From positions 73,787-137,786 of the forward strand of contig JAWKTT010000008.1 in NCBI GenBank assembly GCA_041398965.1: a stretch of 64,000 nt of DNA, written 5' to 3'. Origin of the DNA: Planctomycetaceae bacterium (lineage in GTDB: Bacteria > Planctomycetota > Planctomycetia > Planctomycetales > Planctomycetaceae). Positions 11,002 to 27,100 of this stretch are shown here, piece by piece (the first letter of the stretch is position 1; each line of letters begins with the position of its first letter). Made by a program: the position numbers and the translations under genes. The notes beneath the pieces were generated by a model. It saw only the letters and a program-made list of their open reading frames with translations. It was not told where the DNA came from and ran no database searches.

Positions 11002-11601
11002 ATGCCCGATTCGATGAACGACAACGACCCCACAGTTCCCGGTGCAGCAATCGAACCCGCAGAAATGCAGTGGTACGTGCTGAAGGTTCAGACGAATCGG
11101 GAGCGATCGATCAAGGATTCGCTTGTTCGCCGGATTAAGATGGAAGGGATGCAGGAGTTTTTTAAGGAAATCCTCATTCCAACAGAGAAGGTCGTAGAAA
11201 CAAAGGGTGGAAAGCGAAAGGTTCGGGAGCAGAAGTTGTATCCCGGATACATGATGGTGGAGATGCGACTGACCGACGAGAGTTGGCATCTGGTGCGGTC
11301 GACCAACGGTGTTGGAGACTTTACCGGGGCGGCCGGTAAACCGGTTCCGATGCAGCAACATGAGGTTGAGCGGCTCTTCGCGGCGACTCAGGTTGGGGTT
11401 GAGCCGGAAGAGGAGAAGGTGCAGGTTAAGTTTCATGTTGCCGTCGGTGATGTGGTGAAGGTGAAGGAGGGGCCCTTCGAGAGCTTCGAGGGGTCTGTTG
11501 ATTCGCTGGATGCGGGGACTGGTAAAGTGAAGGTGTTGATTGAGATTTTTGGGCGGTCAACCGAGGTGGAGCTGGAGCACTGGCAGGTTGAGAAGGCTTA
11601 G
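11002..11601 (+). CDS. nusG: transcription termination/antitermination factor NusG
   Basis: NGN domain ([18 protein letters not shown]...PGYMMVEM) and C-terminal KOW domain ([18 protein letters not shown]). Start is uncertain among 10975, 11002 and 11014. Confidence 0.9.
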   Translation: MPDSMNDNDPTVPGAAIEPAEMQWYVLKVQTNRERSIKDSLVRRIKMEGMQEFFKEILIPTEKVVETKGGKRKVREQKLYPGYMMVEMRLTDESWHLVRSTNGVGDFTGAAGKPVPMQQHEVERLFAATQVGVEPEEEKVQVKFHVAVGDVVKVKEGPFESFEGSVDSLDAGTGKVKVLIEIFGRSTEVELEHWQVEKA

Positions 11602-11673
11602 TGGCGTGTGAGTTAGCGGATTGTTTCCCTGGTGTGAAAACATTTGGCGTCGTTGCCAGTAAGAGTTAGAAAC

Positions 11674-12102
11674 ATGGCGAAGAAGCAGGTTGTCAAGGAG
11701 ATCAAGGTTCAGGTTCCGGGTGGTCAGGCGACCCCGGCGCCTCCTGTTGGTACCGCATTGGGTCCGCACGGTGTGAACATTGGTCAGTTTGTTCAGCAGT
11801 TCAACGAGAAGACTCGTGAGCTGAATGGCATGATCGTGCCGGTTGTGATTACGGTTTATAATGACCGTTCCTTTGAGTTTTCGATCAAGAGTCCACCCGC
11901 TGCGGTGTTGTTGAAGAAGGCGGCTCAGATTGCCAAGGGGGCGTCAAATCCTCGCACACAGAAGGTTGGGGTTGTTTCTCGCGATCAGCTCGTTGAGATT
12001 GCCAAGACGAAGATGGCTGACCTCAATGCCTCGAATGTTGACCATGCGGTTCGGATTATTGCTGGGACGGCGCGGAGTATGGGGATTCAGGTTGTGGATT
12101 AA
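11674..12102 (+). CDS. rplK: 50S ribosomal protein L11
   Basis: [36 protein letters not shown] is a canonical L11 N-terminus. Confidence 0.95.
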   Translation: MAKKQVVKEIKVQVPGGQATPAPPVGTALGPHGVNIGQFVQQFNEKTRELNGMIVPVVITVYNDRSFEFSIKSPPAAVLLKKAAQIAKGASNPRTQKVGVVSRDQLVEIAKTKMADLNASNVDHAVRIIAGTARSMGIQVVD

Positions 12103-12169
12103 TGGTTGGTGTTTGTGGCTGGTGGTGAATTGTGGTGGGTTGGTTGATTTTGTTTTGTAGGTGTATGTG

Positions 12170-12877
12170 ATGCCGAAGATGTCAAAGCGGATGCGATTCC
12201 TGAGTGGTGCGGTCGCCGATCTTCAGCCTATGGGGTTGGGTGAGGCTGTCGCTCTGCTTCAGTCTTTGGAAACAAAGCTTCCCAAGGGTGTGAAGCCGAG
12301 TCGGGCTGATCAGACGGTGGAGATTGCTGTGCGATTGGGGATTGATCCTCGGCATGCTGATCAGATTGTCCGTGGTTCGATCGTCTATCCGCATGGTATT
12401 GGGAAGACGCAGCGAGTGTTGGTTTTCTGTCAGGGGCCGAATGTTCAATTGGCGGAGGCTGCTGGTGCAGACTTTGTTGGTGGCAAAGAGCTTGCTGAAA
12501 AGGTTAAGGATGGCTGGACGGACTTCGATGTCGCGATTGCCACTCCAGACATGATGGGTGTGGTCGGTCCACTCGGCCGTGTGCTCGGTCCCCGTGGATT
12601 GATGCCATCGCCAAAGGCGGGGACCGTGACACAGGACGTCTCGACGGTCGTTTCGGAGTACAAGGCGGGTAAGGTGGAGTTTCGTTGCGACGATGCCGGG
12701 ATCGTGCATTGCATGGTTGGTAAGATGTCGTTCGCACCTGAGGCGTTGCTGGATAACGCCAATGCTCTGTTGGCGTTGGTGCGACAGTTGAAGCCTCAGT
12801 CGTCTCGTGGTCAGTATGTTAAGAGTGTGACTTTGACGGCCACCCAGATGCCGGGTGTCCCTGTTGTGGCGATCTAG
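12170..12877 (+). CDS. rplA: 50S ribosomal protein L1
   Basis: KRMRFL...[25 protein letters not shown] matches L1. AGGTG lies 5 nt upstream of ATG 12170; ATG 12179 is an alternative start. Confidence 0.93.
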   Translation: MPKMSKRMRFLSGAVADLQPMGLGEAVALLQSLETKLPKGVKPSRADQTVEIAVRLGIDPRHADQIVRGSIVYPHGIGKTQRVLVFCQGPNVQLAEAAGADFVGGKELAEKVKDGWTDFDVAIATPDMMGVVGPLGRVLGPRGLMPSPKAGTVTQDVSTVVSEYKAGKVEFRCDDAGIVHCMVGKMSFAPEALLDNANALLALVRQLKPQSSRGQYVKSVTLTATQMPGVPVVAI

Positions 12878-13018
12878 TTGGTTCTAGTTGGCGATGGGGT
12901 GGTTGGTCTGTTGGCCGATCGGGGTGCGAAAGTGTTGGTGGAGTTCGAGTGAGCCTGGCTGGTCCAATGGGATGGCGGGCGATTCATGTGGACAGTGGTT
13001 TCCAGGCGGTAGGTTGCG

Positions 13019-13573
13019 ATGAGTAAAGTAGTTAAAGAGTTGGTCATCAGTGAGATGGAGCGTCGACTCGGTGCAAATCGGGACGTGCTCGTTATCGACT
13101 TTTCTGCTGTCGAGGGGGTCAAGGCCAACGAAGTGCGGTTGGCTCTTCAGGCTCGTGGTGTCACGCTGCTGGGTGTGAAGAACAGCTTGGCTCGCAAGGT
13201 GCTCGGCGTTCCTGGGATGGAAAAGATTCTTGCCGGTCCCTCGACATTGGTGTGGGGTGGCGAGGATATTGTCGCGTTGTCGAAGGAGATGACGGCATGG
13301 GCGAAGCAAGTTGACAAGCTGGAGATCAAAGGGGCCACGGTTGACGGTCAGGCTGTGGACGCCAATGGCGTCGTCGAGCTGAGCAAGAGCCCGGGCCGCG
13401 TTGAGTTGATTTCTCAGATTGCTGGTTTGATTCTCAGCCCAGGTGCCCGTTTGGCTGCTGCGATGTTGGGACCTGGTGGTAAGCTGGCGGCTCAGTTGAA
13501 GACTCTGTCGACTGGTGATGGGGCAGGTGAGGGGGAGGCGTCTGCGGCCGAAGAGCCAGCAACCGCCGAATAA
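13019..13573 (+). CDS. rplJ: 50S ribosomal protein L10
   Basis: [60 protein letters not shown] matches the L10 family. Confidence 0.95.
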   Translation: MSKVVKELVISEMERRLGANRDVLVIDFSAVEGVKANEVRLALQARGVTLLGVKNSLARKVLGVPGMEKILAGPSTLVWGGEDIVALSKEMTAWAKQVDKLEIKGATVDGQAVDANGVVELSKSPGRVELISQIAGLILSPGARLAAAMLGPGGKLAAQLKTLSTGDGAGEGEASAAEEPATAE

Positions 13574-13751
13574 GTGCAGTTTGAGGGAAGCGTTCGACGC
13601 AGGGGAATTGGCGGCGAGCCGTTGCGGAGTTTTGGGAGTTTTTTGTTGTCGATGGGTGGGGTGCCTGTCGCAGAGTTTACGAATACAGACTTTTCCGTCA
13701 CACTGGGTATCGTGCCTGAGTGGCGGCCTTTTCCACGGGAGATGAAGAACG

Positions 13752-14177
13752 ATGTCTACTGCTGAAGCATGTGATGCCCCTGCGAAGGATTTTGACGCTG
13801 CAACCAAGGGGCTCGGAGATCAAATTGTTGGTCTGACGTTGCTCCAGGCTAAGGCGCTGGCTGATTATCTGAAGGAAGTCCACGGCATTGAGCCAGCCGG
13901 CGGTGGCGTGATGGTGGCTGCTGCCGCTACGAATGACGGCGGCGGTGCTGCTGCTGTTGAAGAGAAGACGGACTTTGACGTCATCCTGGCGGGCTTCGGT
14001 GAGAACAAGATCGGTGTGATCAAGGCGGTTCGCTCGATCACCGGTTTGGGCTTGAAAGAAGCCAAGGACCTTGTGGAAGGGGTGCCGAAGCCGATTAAGC
14101 AGGGTGTTGATAAGGCGGAAGCTGACAAGCTCAAGAAAGAGCTAGAAGAAGCTGGTGCCAAGGTTGAGTTGAAGTAA
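13752..14177 (+). CDS. rplL: 50S ribosomal protein L7/L12
   Basis: N-terminal dimerisation helix, Ala/Gly-rich hinge, and C-terminal domain [56 protein letters not shown]. Confidence 0.95.
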   Translation: MSTAEACDAPAKDFDAATKGLGDQIVGLTLLQAKALADYLKEVHGIEPAGGGVMVAAAATNDGGGAAAVEEKTDFDVILAGFGENKIGVIKAVRSITGLGLKEAKDLVEGVPKPIKQGVDKAEADKLKKELEEAGAKVELK

Positions 14178-14202
14178 CGCGAATTCATTGCCGGCCGAGC
14201 TT

Positions 14203-14230
14203 CCTGGGAAGCTCGGCTGGTGGTGTCGGC
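14203..14230 (+). promoter_or_regulatory. GC-rich hairpin just after rplL in the 500-nt rplL-rpoB spacer; possible partial terminator or attenuator
   Basis: GCCGAGCTTCC-tgg-GGAAGCTCGGC inverted repeat about 25 nt after the rplL stop. No U-tract follows it. Confidence 0.3.
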
Positions 14231-14679
14231 AGTCTCACACGGAGTGGTGAGGTTGTTCTGTGTCGGCTGTGTCGGCGTTTAGTTAGCACAGCAGACGTTA
14301 CGTTCAAGCCATCCGCGACCGGGAGGGGCCGGATTGAGGGAGTGGCAAGGAAACCTCATTGATGTTCAGAAATCGACGAGTTGGCTCGCTCGACCGCTGA
14401 CGGTGTGTTCACCGATCGGCGGTAGTCGTGTTTCCCTCGGGTGCTTTGGACGTCTGGTGGTAAACCGCTCCTCACGATGGGTGGTCTCTGGATTGATTCT
14501 TGCGTCAAGTCGTGTGGTTGCACGAACGGTGGCAAGGGTCGTTCGATTCGGAGAAGCCGTCGGGCTGACTGATTTGTGCGTCGTGTTTCACACTGATTGG
14601 TCTCACGCTTCTTGTTTCTTAGGTTCCGGGCGCATTGCTCGTGGACTTGGTCAGGTCTCTCTGCAAAGAGTTGCTACGC

Positions 14680-18399
<3,720 letters not shown>

Positions 18400-18572
18400 C
18401 AGTTGTTATGCCTTGTCGAGAGGCCGTCTTTGAGCGACGCGGTCTCTGGCAGAAACGGGCATAGCTCTTGGTGGTAATGCATTTGCTGTGTCGATCTCGC
18501 TGTGAAAGCGTTGTAAGAAACAAACAGGGCGACCCGCCCTTTCCAGAACCTTAATACCCACGGGACACTCTC

Positions 18573-21500
18573 ATGAGCGTCGGCGAAACTGGTTACGATC
18601 GCGTCAATGATTACGGTGCAGTCAAGATTAGCTTGGCAAGCCCGCACGACATCCGCAGCTGGTCTTTTGGTGAAGTCAAGAAGCCCGAGACCATTAACTA
18701 CCGGACCTATCGCCCCGAGCGCGATGGTCTGTTCTGCGAGCGCATCTTCGGCCCCGAAAAGGACTGGGAATGTGCCTGTGGTAAGTATCGCGGGATGAAG
18801 TACAAGGGGATGATCTGCGACCGTTGCGGCGTGAAGGTGACTCACTCTCGCGTTCGTCGAAAGCGGATGGGGCACATCGAGTTGGCGGCTCCGGTCGTTC
18901 ATATTTGGTTCTTCAAGAGCATGCCGAGCCGTCTCGGTGCTCTGCTCAATATGAAGACGACCTCACTGGAAAAGGTGATCTACTTCCAGGATTACGTCGT
19001 CGTTGATGCTGGCGATACGCCTCTGCAACTCTGTCAGATGCTGACGGAAGAAGAGGCTCGTCAAGCCAAGGAGAAGTACGGCGAAGGGTCGTTCGAGATC
19101 GACATGGGAGCCGAAGCAATTTTCAAATTGCTCTCCCGGATCAACCTGCATGAGGAGTCGGTTCGTCTGCGAGTGGAGTTGAAGGAGACGGGAAGTCAGC
19201 AGCGTCGTCGTGATCTGATTAAGCGATTGAAGATCATCGAAGCATTGCGAGATAGCCCGAATCGTCCTGAGTGGATGGTGCTCAACTGCGTTCCGGTGAT
19301 TCCTCCGGATTTGCGTCCGCTGGTGCTGTTGGATTCGGGGAATTTCGCGACGAGCGACCTGAACGACCTGTATCGCCGCATCATCAACCGGAACAACCGG
19401 TTGAAGAAACTGGTGGACTTGAACGCTCCAGAAGTGATCGTCAAGAACGAAAAGCGGATGTTGCAGCAGTCGGTCGATGCTCTGTTCGACAACAACCGTT
19501 GTAAGCGTCCAGTGCTCGGTTCCTCGAACCGACCGCTGAAGTCGCTGACCGATATGATTAAGGGGAAGCAAGGGCGGTTCCGGGAAAACTTGTTAGGAAA
19601 GCGAGTCGATTACTCCGCTCGTTCGGTGATCGTCGTTGGTCCCGAGTTGCATCTGCATCAGTGCGGTTTGCCCAAGAAAATTGCGCTCGAACTGTTTCAG
19701 CCGTTTATTATTCGTCGTCTGAAAGAACTCGGTCATGCCGACACGATTAAGTCGGCCAAACGAATGCTGGAACGAAAAGACGAAGAGGTATGGGACATTC
19801 TGGACGAGGTGATCACGAATCATCCGGTCTTGTTGAACCGAGCCCCGACGTTGCACCGCATGGGGATTCAGGCGTTCGAGCCTGTGCTCGTGGAAGGGAA
19901 CGCGATCCGTGTCCATCCGCTCGTCTGTAAAGGCTTCAATGCGGACTTCGACGGCGACCAGATGGCAGTTCACCTGCCGTTGTCGATTGAAGCGCAGGTT
20001 GAAGCAACGACGCTGATGATGTCTACGAACAACGTGTTCAGTCCGGCCAATGCTCAGCCAATTATGTCGCCATCACAAGATATCGTGATGGGTTGCGGCT
20101 ACTGCACGCTCAAGCGAACGGGCTTGAAGGGTGAAGGGATGATCTTCGGATCGCCGGCAGAGTGCATTACAGCTTATCAGCAAGAGCGAGTTGCCCGTCA
20201 TGCAACGGTCCGTGTTCGACTGCCGAAGGATAAGCGGATTAAGGGTGAAGGGGCCGAAGGTCATCGCCCTGGTGCGTTGGTCGAGACGTCGGTCGGCCGT
20301 GTGCTGTTGAATGACATTTTGCCGAGCACGATGTCGTATTACAACATGAGCATGCGGTCGAAAGACTTGGCCGGCGTCATTTCTGACTGCTATCTGGAGT
20401 TGGGTCGGAAGTCGACGATTGAACTGCTGGACCGGTTGAAGGAATTAGGTTTCCGGGAATCGACCCGCAGCGGTCTGTCGTTCGGCACAACCGACATGGT
20501 GACTGCTCCGAATAAGGATAAGGTCATCGGCGATTCGGAGAAGGAAGTGGTCAAGCTGCAAAAGCTGTACGACCGCGGGATGATTACGAGCGGCGAGCGT
20601 TACAACCGCGTCATTGATGTCTGGACGCACGCCCGCGAATTGATCACCGATTCGATGATGAGTGAACTGAAGTCTGACGTCCGGGATGAAGGGATTTATG
20701 TGAATCCGATTTACCTGATGGCGGACTCCGGGGCACGCGGTGGTAAAGAACAGATTCGTCAGTTGGCGGGTATGCGTGGTCTGATGGCTAAGCCTTCGGG
20801 CGAGATTATCGAGACCCCGATTAAGTCGAACTTCCGTGAAGGTCTGACGGTGCTCGAGTACTTCTCGTCCACGCACGGTGCTCGCAAGGGATTGGCTGAT
20901 ACCGCGCTCAAGACGGCAGACTCTGGTTATCTGACCCGTAAGCTGGCAGATATCTGTCAGAATATGGTCGTGACGATGGAAGATTGCGGGACCACGAAGG
21001 GGGTCACCCGCGGGATCGTCTATCGTGGGGAGAATGTCGAAGTCGGACTGGCAGACGCCATTCGAGGTCGTGTCTCTCGAACGAATATCGTCAACCCGAT
21101 TACGGACGAAGTGATTGTTCGTGAAGGGGAGTTGATTACGTGGGACATCGCCCGAAAGATCGAGGACATGGGCTTGGAGCGAATTCAGGTTCGCAGCCCA
21201 ATGACCTGTGAAGCGGACCTTGGGATGTGCCGCCTGTGCTACGGGATGGACTTGTCGACCGGTTCGATGGTGGAAGAAGGATTGGCGGCAGGGATCGTTG
21301 CGGCTCAGTCGATCGGCGAGCCGGGAACTCAGTTGACGATGCGAACCTTCCACATCGGTGGTGTGGCTCAAGGGGACGTCGAACAGTCGGACCTGAAGAC
21401 TCGTAAAGCGGGTCGGGTGCGTTACGTTCGTGTCCGGACGGTGGTGAATGCCGAAGGGCAAAACGTGGCACTGGGACGAAACGGCGAATTGGTCGTGATC

Positions 21501-22922
21501 GACCCGAAGGATCGCGAACTGGAACGATACGAAGTGCCGAACGGTGCGGTCTTGCTCGTGGCAGAGGATCAGGAAGTCAAAGACGGCCAGATTCTGTGTC
21601 AGTGGGACCCTCACGCCATTCCGATCTTGTCGGAAGTTGGGGGTAAGGTTCGTTTCGAGGATTTGGTCGAAGGGCGAACACTTCGTTCGGAGACCGATGT
21701 TTCGGGGAACGTTCGCCGAACAGTCGTCGAGCACAAAGGGGACTTGCATCCTCAGATCGTCATCGAAGATGCTGCCGGGAAGATTCTGGACTACTACTAC
21801 GTTCCAGAACGGGCGAGTATCGAAGTTCAGGAAGGGACGCAGATCGTCGCCGGAACCGTGTTGGCGAAGACGCCACGTGAAGCCTCGGGAACTCAGGACA
21901 TTACCGGGGGGCTCCCTCGCGTGACGGAACTGTTTGAAGCTCGCAAGCCGAAAGATCCGGCGATCATTGCCGAGATCGATGGTGAAGTCGAGATTCTGGC
22001 TGAGAAGAAGCGTGGTAAGCGCGTGATCGTCGTCCGGACGCATGATGGTTCCACCGAGATTCAACACGTCATTCCGCATGGCCCGGCTCTGCTGGTGCAT
22101 ACCGGAGACCATGTGAAGTCGGGCGATGCGCTGGTCAACGGGCCGCTCGTTCCGCACGATATCCTGCGGGTTTCCGGCGAAGAAGCAGTGCAGCAGTATC
22201 TGTTGCACGAGATTCAGAACGTGTACCGTGCCCAACGTGTGGTGATCGACGACAAGCACATCGAACTCGTCGTGTCGCAGATGCTGCGTAAGGTAAAGAT
22301 TGAAGACGTGGGCGACACCGACTTCCTGCCGGGTGTGGTGGTTGACAAACACGAATTCCGCAAGGTCAATGGAGACCTGAAGGACTGTGTCTGCATTACC
22401 AATCCTGGAGATACCGAGTATCTCGAAGGGAACGTTGTCAAACGGGAAGAAGTCGAAGAGGTGAACGCCGAGATCGATGCTTCGGGAGGAACGCCGGCAA
22501 AGTTCACTCGTCCGAAGCCCGCAACCGCAACGACTCAGTTGTTGGGGATTACCAAGGCTTCGGTACAGAGCGAGTCGTTCATCTCGGCGGCCTCCTTCCA
22601 GGAGACGACAAAGGTGTTGACCGAAGCGGCTCTCGCCGGGAAGTACGACAATCTCGTCGGCTTGAAGGAGAACGTCATTCTGGGGCACCTGATTCCGGCT
22701 GGTACCGGTTTCCGGAAGCATCAGGATGCAGAAGTTCGCGTTCGACCAGAAGCACTCAGCGAACTGCATGCCGAGCGTGACCGAATTCGAGCTGCTCGAA
22801 TGGAGATGCTCAGCAATGCTGAGTTGGAACAGCGTCGTCCGGCCCCTGACACTCCGTCCCCAAGCGGTCTTTCCGGTCTCGACGACGTGCCGTCGCTGCG
22901 AAATCTGACTCCGGAAGAGTAA
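18573..22922 (+). CDS. rpoC: DNA-directed RNA polymerase subunit beta prime
   Basis: 1449 aa with the zinc-binding CxxC N-terminus, the catalytic [12 protein letters not shown] motif, and trigger loop and bridge helix regions. Confidence 0.97.
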   Translation: MSVGETGYDRVNDYGAVKISLASPHDIRSWSFGEVKKPETINYRTYRPERDGLFCERIFGPEKDWECACGKYRGMKYKGMICDRCGVKVTHSRVRRKRMGHIELAAPVVHIWFFKSMPSRLGALLNMKTTSLEKVIYFQDYVVVDAGDTPLQLCQMLTEEEARQAKEKYGEGSFEIDMGAEAIFKLLSRINLHEESVRLRVELKETGSQQRRRDLIKRLKIIEALRDSPNRPEWMVLNCVPVIPPDLRPLVLLDSGNFATSDLNDLYRRIINRNNRLKKLVDLNAPEVIVKNEKRMLQQSVDALFDNNRCKRPVLGSSNRPLKSLTDMIKGKQGRFRENLLGKRVDYSARSVIVVGPELHLHQCGLPKKIALELFQPFIIRRLKELGHADTIKSAKRMLERKDEEVWDILDEVITNHPVLLNRAPTLHRMGIQAFEPVLVEGNAIRVHPLVCKGFNADFDGDQMAVHLPLSIEAQVEATTLMMSTNNVFSPANAQPIMSPSQDIVMGCGYCTLKRTGLKGEGMIFGSPAECITAYQQERVARHATVRVRLPKDKRIKGEGAEGHRPGALVETSVGRVLLNDILPSTMSYYNMSMRSKDLAGVISDCYLELGRKSTIELLDRLKELGFRESTRSGLSFGTTDMVTAPNKDKVIGDSEKEVVKLQKLYDRGMITSGERYNRVIDVWTHARELITDSMMSELKSDVRDEGIYVNPIYLMADSGARGGKEQIRQLAGMRGLMAKPSGEIIETPIKSNFREGLTVLEYFSSTHGARKGLADTALKTADSGYLTRKLADICQNMVVTMEDCGTTKGVTRGIVYRGENVEVGLADAIRGRVSRTNIVNPITDEVIVREGELITWDIARKIEDMGLERIQVRSPMTCEADLGMCRLCYGMDLSTGSMVEEGLAAGIVAAQSIGEPGTQLTMRTFHIGGVAQGDVEQSDLKTRKAGRVRYVRVRTVVNAEGQNVALGRNGELVVIDPKDRELERYEVPNGAVLLVAEDQEVKDGQILCQWDPHAIPILSEVGGKVRFEDLVEGRTLRSETDVSGNVRRTVVEHKGDLHPQIVIEDAAGKILDYYYVPERASIEVQEGTQIVAGTVLAKTPREASGTQDITGGLPRVTELFEARKPKDPAIIAEIDGEVEILAEKKRGKRVIVVRTHDGSTEIQHVIPHGPALLVHTGDHVKSGDALVNGPLVPHDILRVSGEEAVQQYLLHEIQNVYRAQRVVIDDKHIELVVSQMLRKVKIEDVGDTDFLPGVVVDKHEFRKVNGDLKDCVCITNPGDTEYLEGNVVKREEVEEVNAEIDASGGTPAKFTRPKPATATTQLLGITKASVQSESFISAASFQETTKVLTEAALAGKYDNLVGLKENVILGHLIPAGTGFRKHQDAEVRVRPEALSELHAERDRIRAARMEMLSNAELEQRRPAPDTPSPSGLSGLDDVPSLRNLTPEE

Positions 22923-22966
22923 TCGCCCGGTCGAGTCGCAAGTGTGACTCCATCAAAGAAAACTAC

Positions 22967-23010
22967 CAACAGGACAGAGCGAAAGCTCTGTCCTGTTGTC
23001 GTTTCGTTGT
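22967..23010. terminator. rho-independent-type hairpin between convergent rpoC and dcd; likely bidirectional terminator
   Basis: Stem CAACAGGACAGAGC with loop gaaa and stem GCTCTGTCCTGTTG, followed by TCGTTTCGTTGT. Located 45 nt after the rpoC stop. Confidence 0.5.
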
Positions 23011-23126
23011 GCGAACACTCGAAGGAGCACGCGCCTAGTGCTTAATAATCTTTAGTGGATCAACCAAACTGACACACAAGGTGAACGCGTTCATGCTCCG
23101 CGAGTCAGGTGTGTGTCAGGGAGTGT

Positions 23127-23726
23127 CTACTGAGAACTGCCGCCACCGGCGAGACTCTGCCCCTGAAACTGGCTGTCATTCCGAAACGGCGTTCCAAGGA
23201 CGGTTTCGACAATCAGTTGACAGATAGGAGCGTCGGGGTAGAGCGAAATACTCTGCGGGCCGAGGTTGATCAACTCGAGAGTGATGGTCCCCTCGAACCC
23301 AGCATGAATCGTGGGGGCGGTGAAGTGAACTAAGAGCCCGCACCGAGCATACGAGCTTCTGCCTTCAATACGGGCCGAGAGTGACGGGAGTCCTTCAATC
23401 TGACTGAAAGGGAGCGAGACCCGCTCTCGCGTTTTCCCCAAGACGAATTTTTGAGGCTTTAACACGAATGGTTGATCAGGAGTGATGGTCACCTTTTCAG
23501 AATTTCCCCCAAACAACGGCATAAATCCCCCTCGTTGAAGATTGATGTCGATCGCAAGGTTGGACCTGAAGAAACTGATCTCAGTTCCCAATCGCAAATC
23601 GACGGCAGAGGTCTGATAGGGGCACTTGATCCCGGCTGTCTCGGGAAACCGTGGGGAAGGCTCCGGAGAAATGATGAGACGCCCATCGTCGAGTGCTCGA
23701 TGAATCTCAGTATTCGACAGGATCAT
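23127..23726 (-). CDS. dcd: dCTP deaminase
   Basis: 199 aa; MILSNTEIHRALDDGRLIISP matches the Dcd N-terminus, with the dUTPase-like beta-barrel motifs following. Confidence 0.88.
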   Translation of the reverse strand: MILSNTEIHRALDDGRLIISPEPSPRFPETAGIKCPYQTSAVDLRLGTEISFFRSNLAIDINLQRGGFMPLFGGNSEKVTITPDQPFVLKPQKFVLGKTRERVSLPFSQIEGLPSLSARIEGRSSYARCGLLVHFTAPTIHAGFEGTITLELINLGPQSISLYPDAPICQLIVETVLGTPFRNDSQFQGQSLAGGGSSQ

Positions 23727-23998
23727 AGTTTGACCAAATCCTGAGGGGCGGCGAGGACGGAGTCGCTATAGCAGGTTGGCAATATGGCGATTTGTTTTCC
23801 ATTCCGTTCAAACACTCGCACCTTCACTCGCCCGATCGTTCCCGGCTCTCCAGAAACCCGATCTGACGGGACGAAGTCTGAGAAAACGGGTTCTCCGGTG
23901 GAGGGATAGCTGATGACCACCTCGTCACTGAACATCCCTTTATAGATTAGGCACGTCAGCCAGTGGGTTGCTTGATCGGTCGTAGTGGTCGCGGACAT
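23723..23998 (-). CDS. hypothetical 91-aa protein translationally coupled to dcd
   Basis: An AAGGAG sequence sits 8 nt upstream of the ATG at 23998. The stop overlaps the dcd start in an ATGA arrangement. No recognisable motif. Confidence 0.5.
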   Translation of the reverse strand: MSATTTTDQATHWLTCLIYKGMFSDEVVISYPSTGEPVFSDFVPSDRVSGEPGTIGRVKVRVFERNGKQIAILPTCYSDSVLAAPQDLVKL

Positions 23999-24149
23999 CT
24001 GCGCACTCCTTTTCGGGCAGGAACTCGTGGCCTCTTCATCGAAGGCTATGATAGCTCAAGCGACTTTGAGCCTCAATGTGAACCGATGGAATTCGTTGAT
24101 CCCGTGCGAGGTGGGACGACGTCGTAACTCCTTATTCCACCTTTCCTTT

Positions 24150-27100
24150 TCATCCTTCGTCGTTGTCGTGGGCTTCTTCTAGTTTTCTCAGCAGGGTGCG
24201 GTAGTGGCGGAGGCATTCTTCGACCATGGGGCGGAGGTCGGCGAAGTCTTGTTTTTGTTGGCGGGACATCTCGGTGAGGGGTTTGAGCCAACCGTGCATG
24301 AGGTTGAACTGTTGCTCTAAGACGTTGTAGACCGTCTTGGGGAGACGGTTGATGACGGTGATTTGTGCGGGAGTGGTCGTGGGAGCAGGGGGGGCGGGGA
24401 GGAAGTCCGACTCGTCCAGAATGCGGGGGGTGCGGTCGTCGCGATGGCTGGCGGCTGCGGACTTCGGGGTCGTTGTTGGCGAGGACTCGCGGCTCGGTTG
24501 GGGGGACGAGGCCAGTTGTGTCAGCGAGTCGGTGAGCAACTCGGGCAGTGAGATTTCGGGGATGCGAATCTCGGGGACATCGATGGAGATGGGGCGTTGG
24601 GCGAGTTCGGTGAGTGTTGTAAGGCCTCGTTCTAGCTGAGTGCGGAGTTGGGCGAGTTCGCTGCTGACGATCGTTGTGGCGGCGGCCACTCTGTCATCAC
24701 CAGTCGCATGTTCGGGACGAGTCGACAGTGAGCCGGCTCCTTGGGTGACCGCTTTGCGGATGGCGTCGAGGCCATCGCTGAGTGTGGTGAGTGAGGCGAT
24801 GACCTGGCCGACTTTGTCTTCACTCCCGATGCCGCGCATCTTGACGTTTTGTCGATAGGTGCGGCGGATCGTCTCCCAGCGTTCTTGTTCTTCGGGAGTT
24901 TGGCGGTCGATCAACTCTTTGAACTTCAGCATGTTCGCTTCGGTTCCGGAAGTCAGAGTCTGAGCATCGTTCTGGTAGCTGGAGACGATGAGAGTTTCGA
25001 GTTCGGCCTCGTTCATTGCCGGGAGGACCTTCTCGGCGATGCGGTTCATGTTGCGGTATGAACCTTGCAGCAGAAAGGGGGGCTCGGTGCGGTAGTCGTC
25101 ATGCTGGGCGGCTGAGGCGATGTATTCCTGATTGACGCGGAGGACGACATCGCGAACACGCATCAACTTGGTCATCGTGCTGACGAATTCGTTCAACTCT
25201 TCGAGGGCGTAGGTCCCTTCAAGTTCGACGCCGGAGGTGTCGAGCGGGGATGAGCTGTTCGGTCCCGAGACTGTCTGTCGGCGTGCTTTGTCGGCGATCT
25301 TGATGATGCCGTAGACGTCTTGCTGTGATCGGGCAGCGAGTTTCGCGAGGAGTGGGTTTGAGGTGAGGGCGTTCTCAAGATAGCTCATCTCGAACGGGTC
25401 GCGGGAGTCGCCAATGATCTCGCCGAGGTTGTAGATGTCGGCCCGGTTGGCGAGCATGTCGGGAATCTGGAACTTCTCGCCGCTCTCGGTGTAAGGGTTC
25501 CCCGCCATCACGACGGCAACCTTCTTTCCGCGGAAGTCGTAGGTTCGCGACTTTCCTTTGTAGACCCCTTCCACTTTTCGCTGGGCGTCGCAGAGGGAGA
25601 TGAACTTCTGGAGGAACTCGGGGTGACAGTGCTGGATGTCGTCGAGATAGATCATCACGTTGTCCCCCATTTCGAAGGCGAGATTGAGCTTCTCGATTTC
25701 TTCTCTTGCCCCGGCGTTGGGTGCGGCGTTGGGATCGAGTGAGGTGACGTGGTGTCCGAGGGCAGGGCCGTTGATCTTCATGAAGATGATACCGAGCCGA
25801 TTGGCGATGTACTCCATGAGGGTCGTCTTGCCGTAGCCTGGCGGGGAGATCAGCAGGAGGAGACCTTGGCGATCGGTCCGTTTCGTATTGCCCGATGTGC
25901 CGATCTGTTTGGCGAGGTTGTCGCCGATGAGTGGGAGATAGACTTTGTCGATGAGCTGATTACGGACGAAGGAGGAGAGCACCCGGGGCTGGAACTCGGC
26001 GAGCTTCATCTCTTCGCGGGCGGACTCGACCACTTTCGATTTGATTTCGTGGTACTGCTGGAAGGCGGGGACCACTTCGCGATCGAAGCGTGCGAGTTTG
26101 TTGCGGAAGCGATTGAAGTCGAGTTGATAGGTTCCGTTTTCCCCGATGACGGGGTGCGAGCCTGTGAGGCCGGTGAGCTGACGGACAGTGTCGGCTGCGA
26201 CGATACGGCGTTGATCGAAACTTGCGGGCTGTGTGGCCGCGTTACTGTTGGAGAGGGCGGTTTCCATCAGCAGTAGGGCGACTTCGTCGATGACGTCGAG
26301 CGTTTGCGTTTCTTGATGGGTCGTCGCTGTTGGTGGGGCGGATTGAAGTGACTGGCGAACGTAGGCGGTGACCCAGTTCTTGGCGAGGGCGAGCGCTGCG
26401 AGGGAGTCGGTTCGGACGCCGTCGAGCGACTTCTGGAGTCGGTCACTCGCTCGGAGCGAATGGAGGTTTTCGTGGAACTCGCGATAGAGGTTTGCGGCCT
26501 GTTGCGAGACGACGAACTCTCCGCCGCGAGACTCGTGGGCGTCGGAGGTCAGTTCGTAGAACAGGTACTCGGCCGCTTCACGAATGACGGCGGCTTCTCT
26601 TCGCGATTCGTCGGTGATGACTTGTGTTGAATCGTCATGGCCGCTGCCATTGTTGTGCTCGTTGCGTTGACGCTGAGTCGACGGCTGAAGGGGGGCGGCA
26701 GATGCCTGAAGGACTGCGACGAGTTCGTCGATGTAGGCGGCCTCTTGCTTGCTGTCGGGGAAGAGGTGTCCGATGGTGGCGTAGCCGGTGAGCTTGTTGG
26801 CAAGTCGCACGCGGATGGCATCGTCAATGACGTGGTTCCAAAGGTAACCGGCGAGGGCTCGGGACGATGATGAGTAACGGAGGAGTCCGCAAGTTGAGTT
26901 GATCTCCGTGAGGGCGGCGAGAAGGATCGCGGCATCGTGATCGTGGACTCCCTTGGTGTAACCCTCGGTATAGCGGGGGGCCATGAACTGCTGCACGGCG
27001 CTGAGACGGTTCGCGCTGAGTTGGTCGGGAGTTGGTTGTTTGTCGGCAGTCTGTTGTTTGGCCGGACTCTGTCGGTTCGTTTCCGTGGTCGGCAGGCCGA

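Noticed and set aside
20445-22769. 774-aa minus-strand ORF
   Set aside because: Lies entirely within and antisense to rpoC, with Arg/His-rich low-complexity translation. This is a GC-rich antisense artefact.
23127-23726. dCTP deaminase as a nucleotide-depletion anti-phage effector
   Set aside because: It is a 199-aa minimal Dcd with a housekeeping N-terminus and lacks the extra kinase or other N-terminal domains of the defensive dCTP deaminases, so housekeeping Dcd is more likely.
24073-24291. 72-aa minus-strand Arg/Pro-rich ORF
   Set aside because: Overlaps the 3' end of the giant AAA gene out of frame and has a low-complexity translation.
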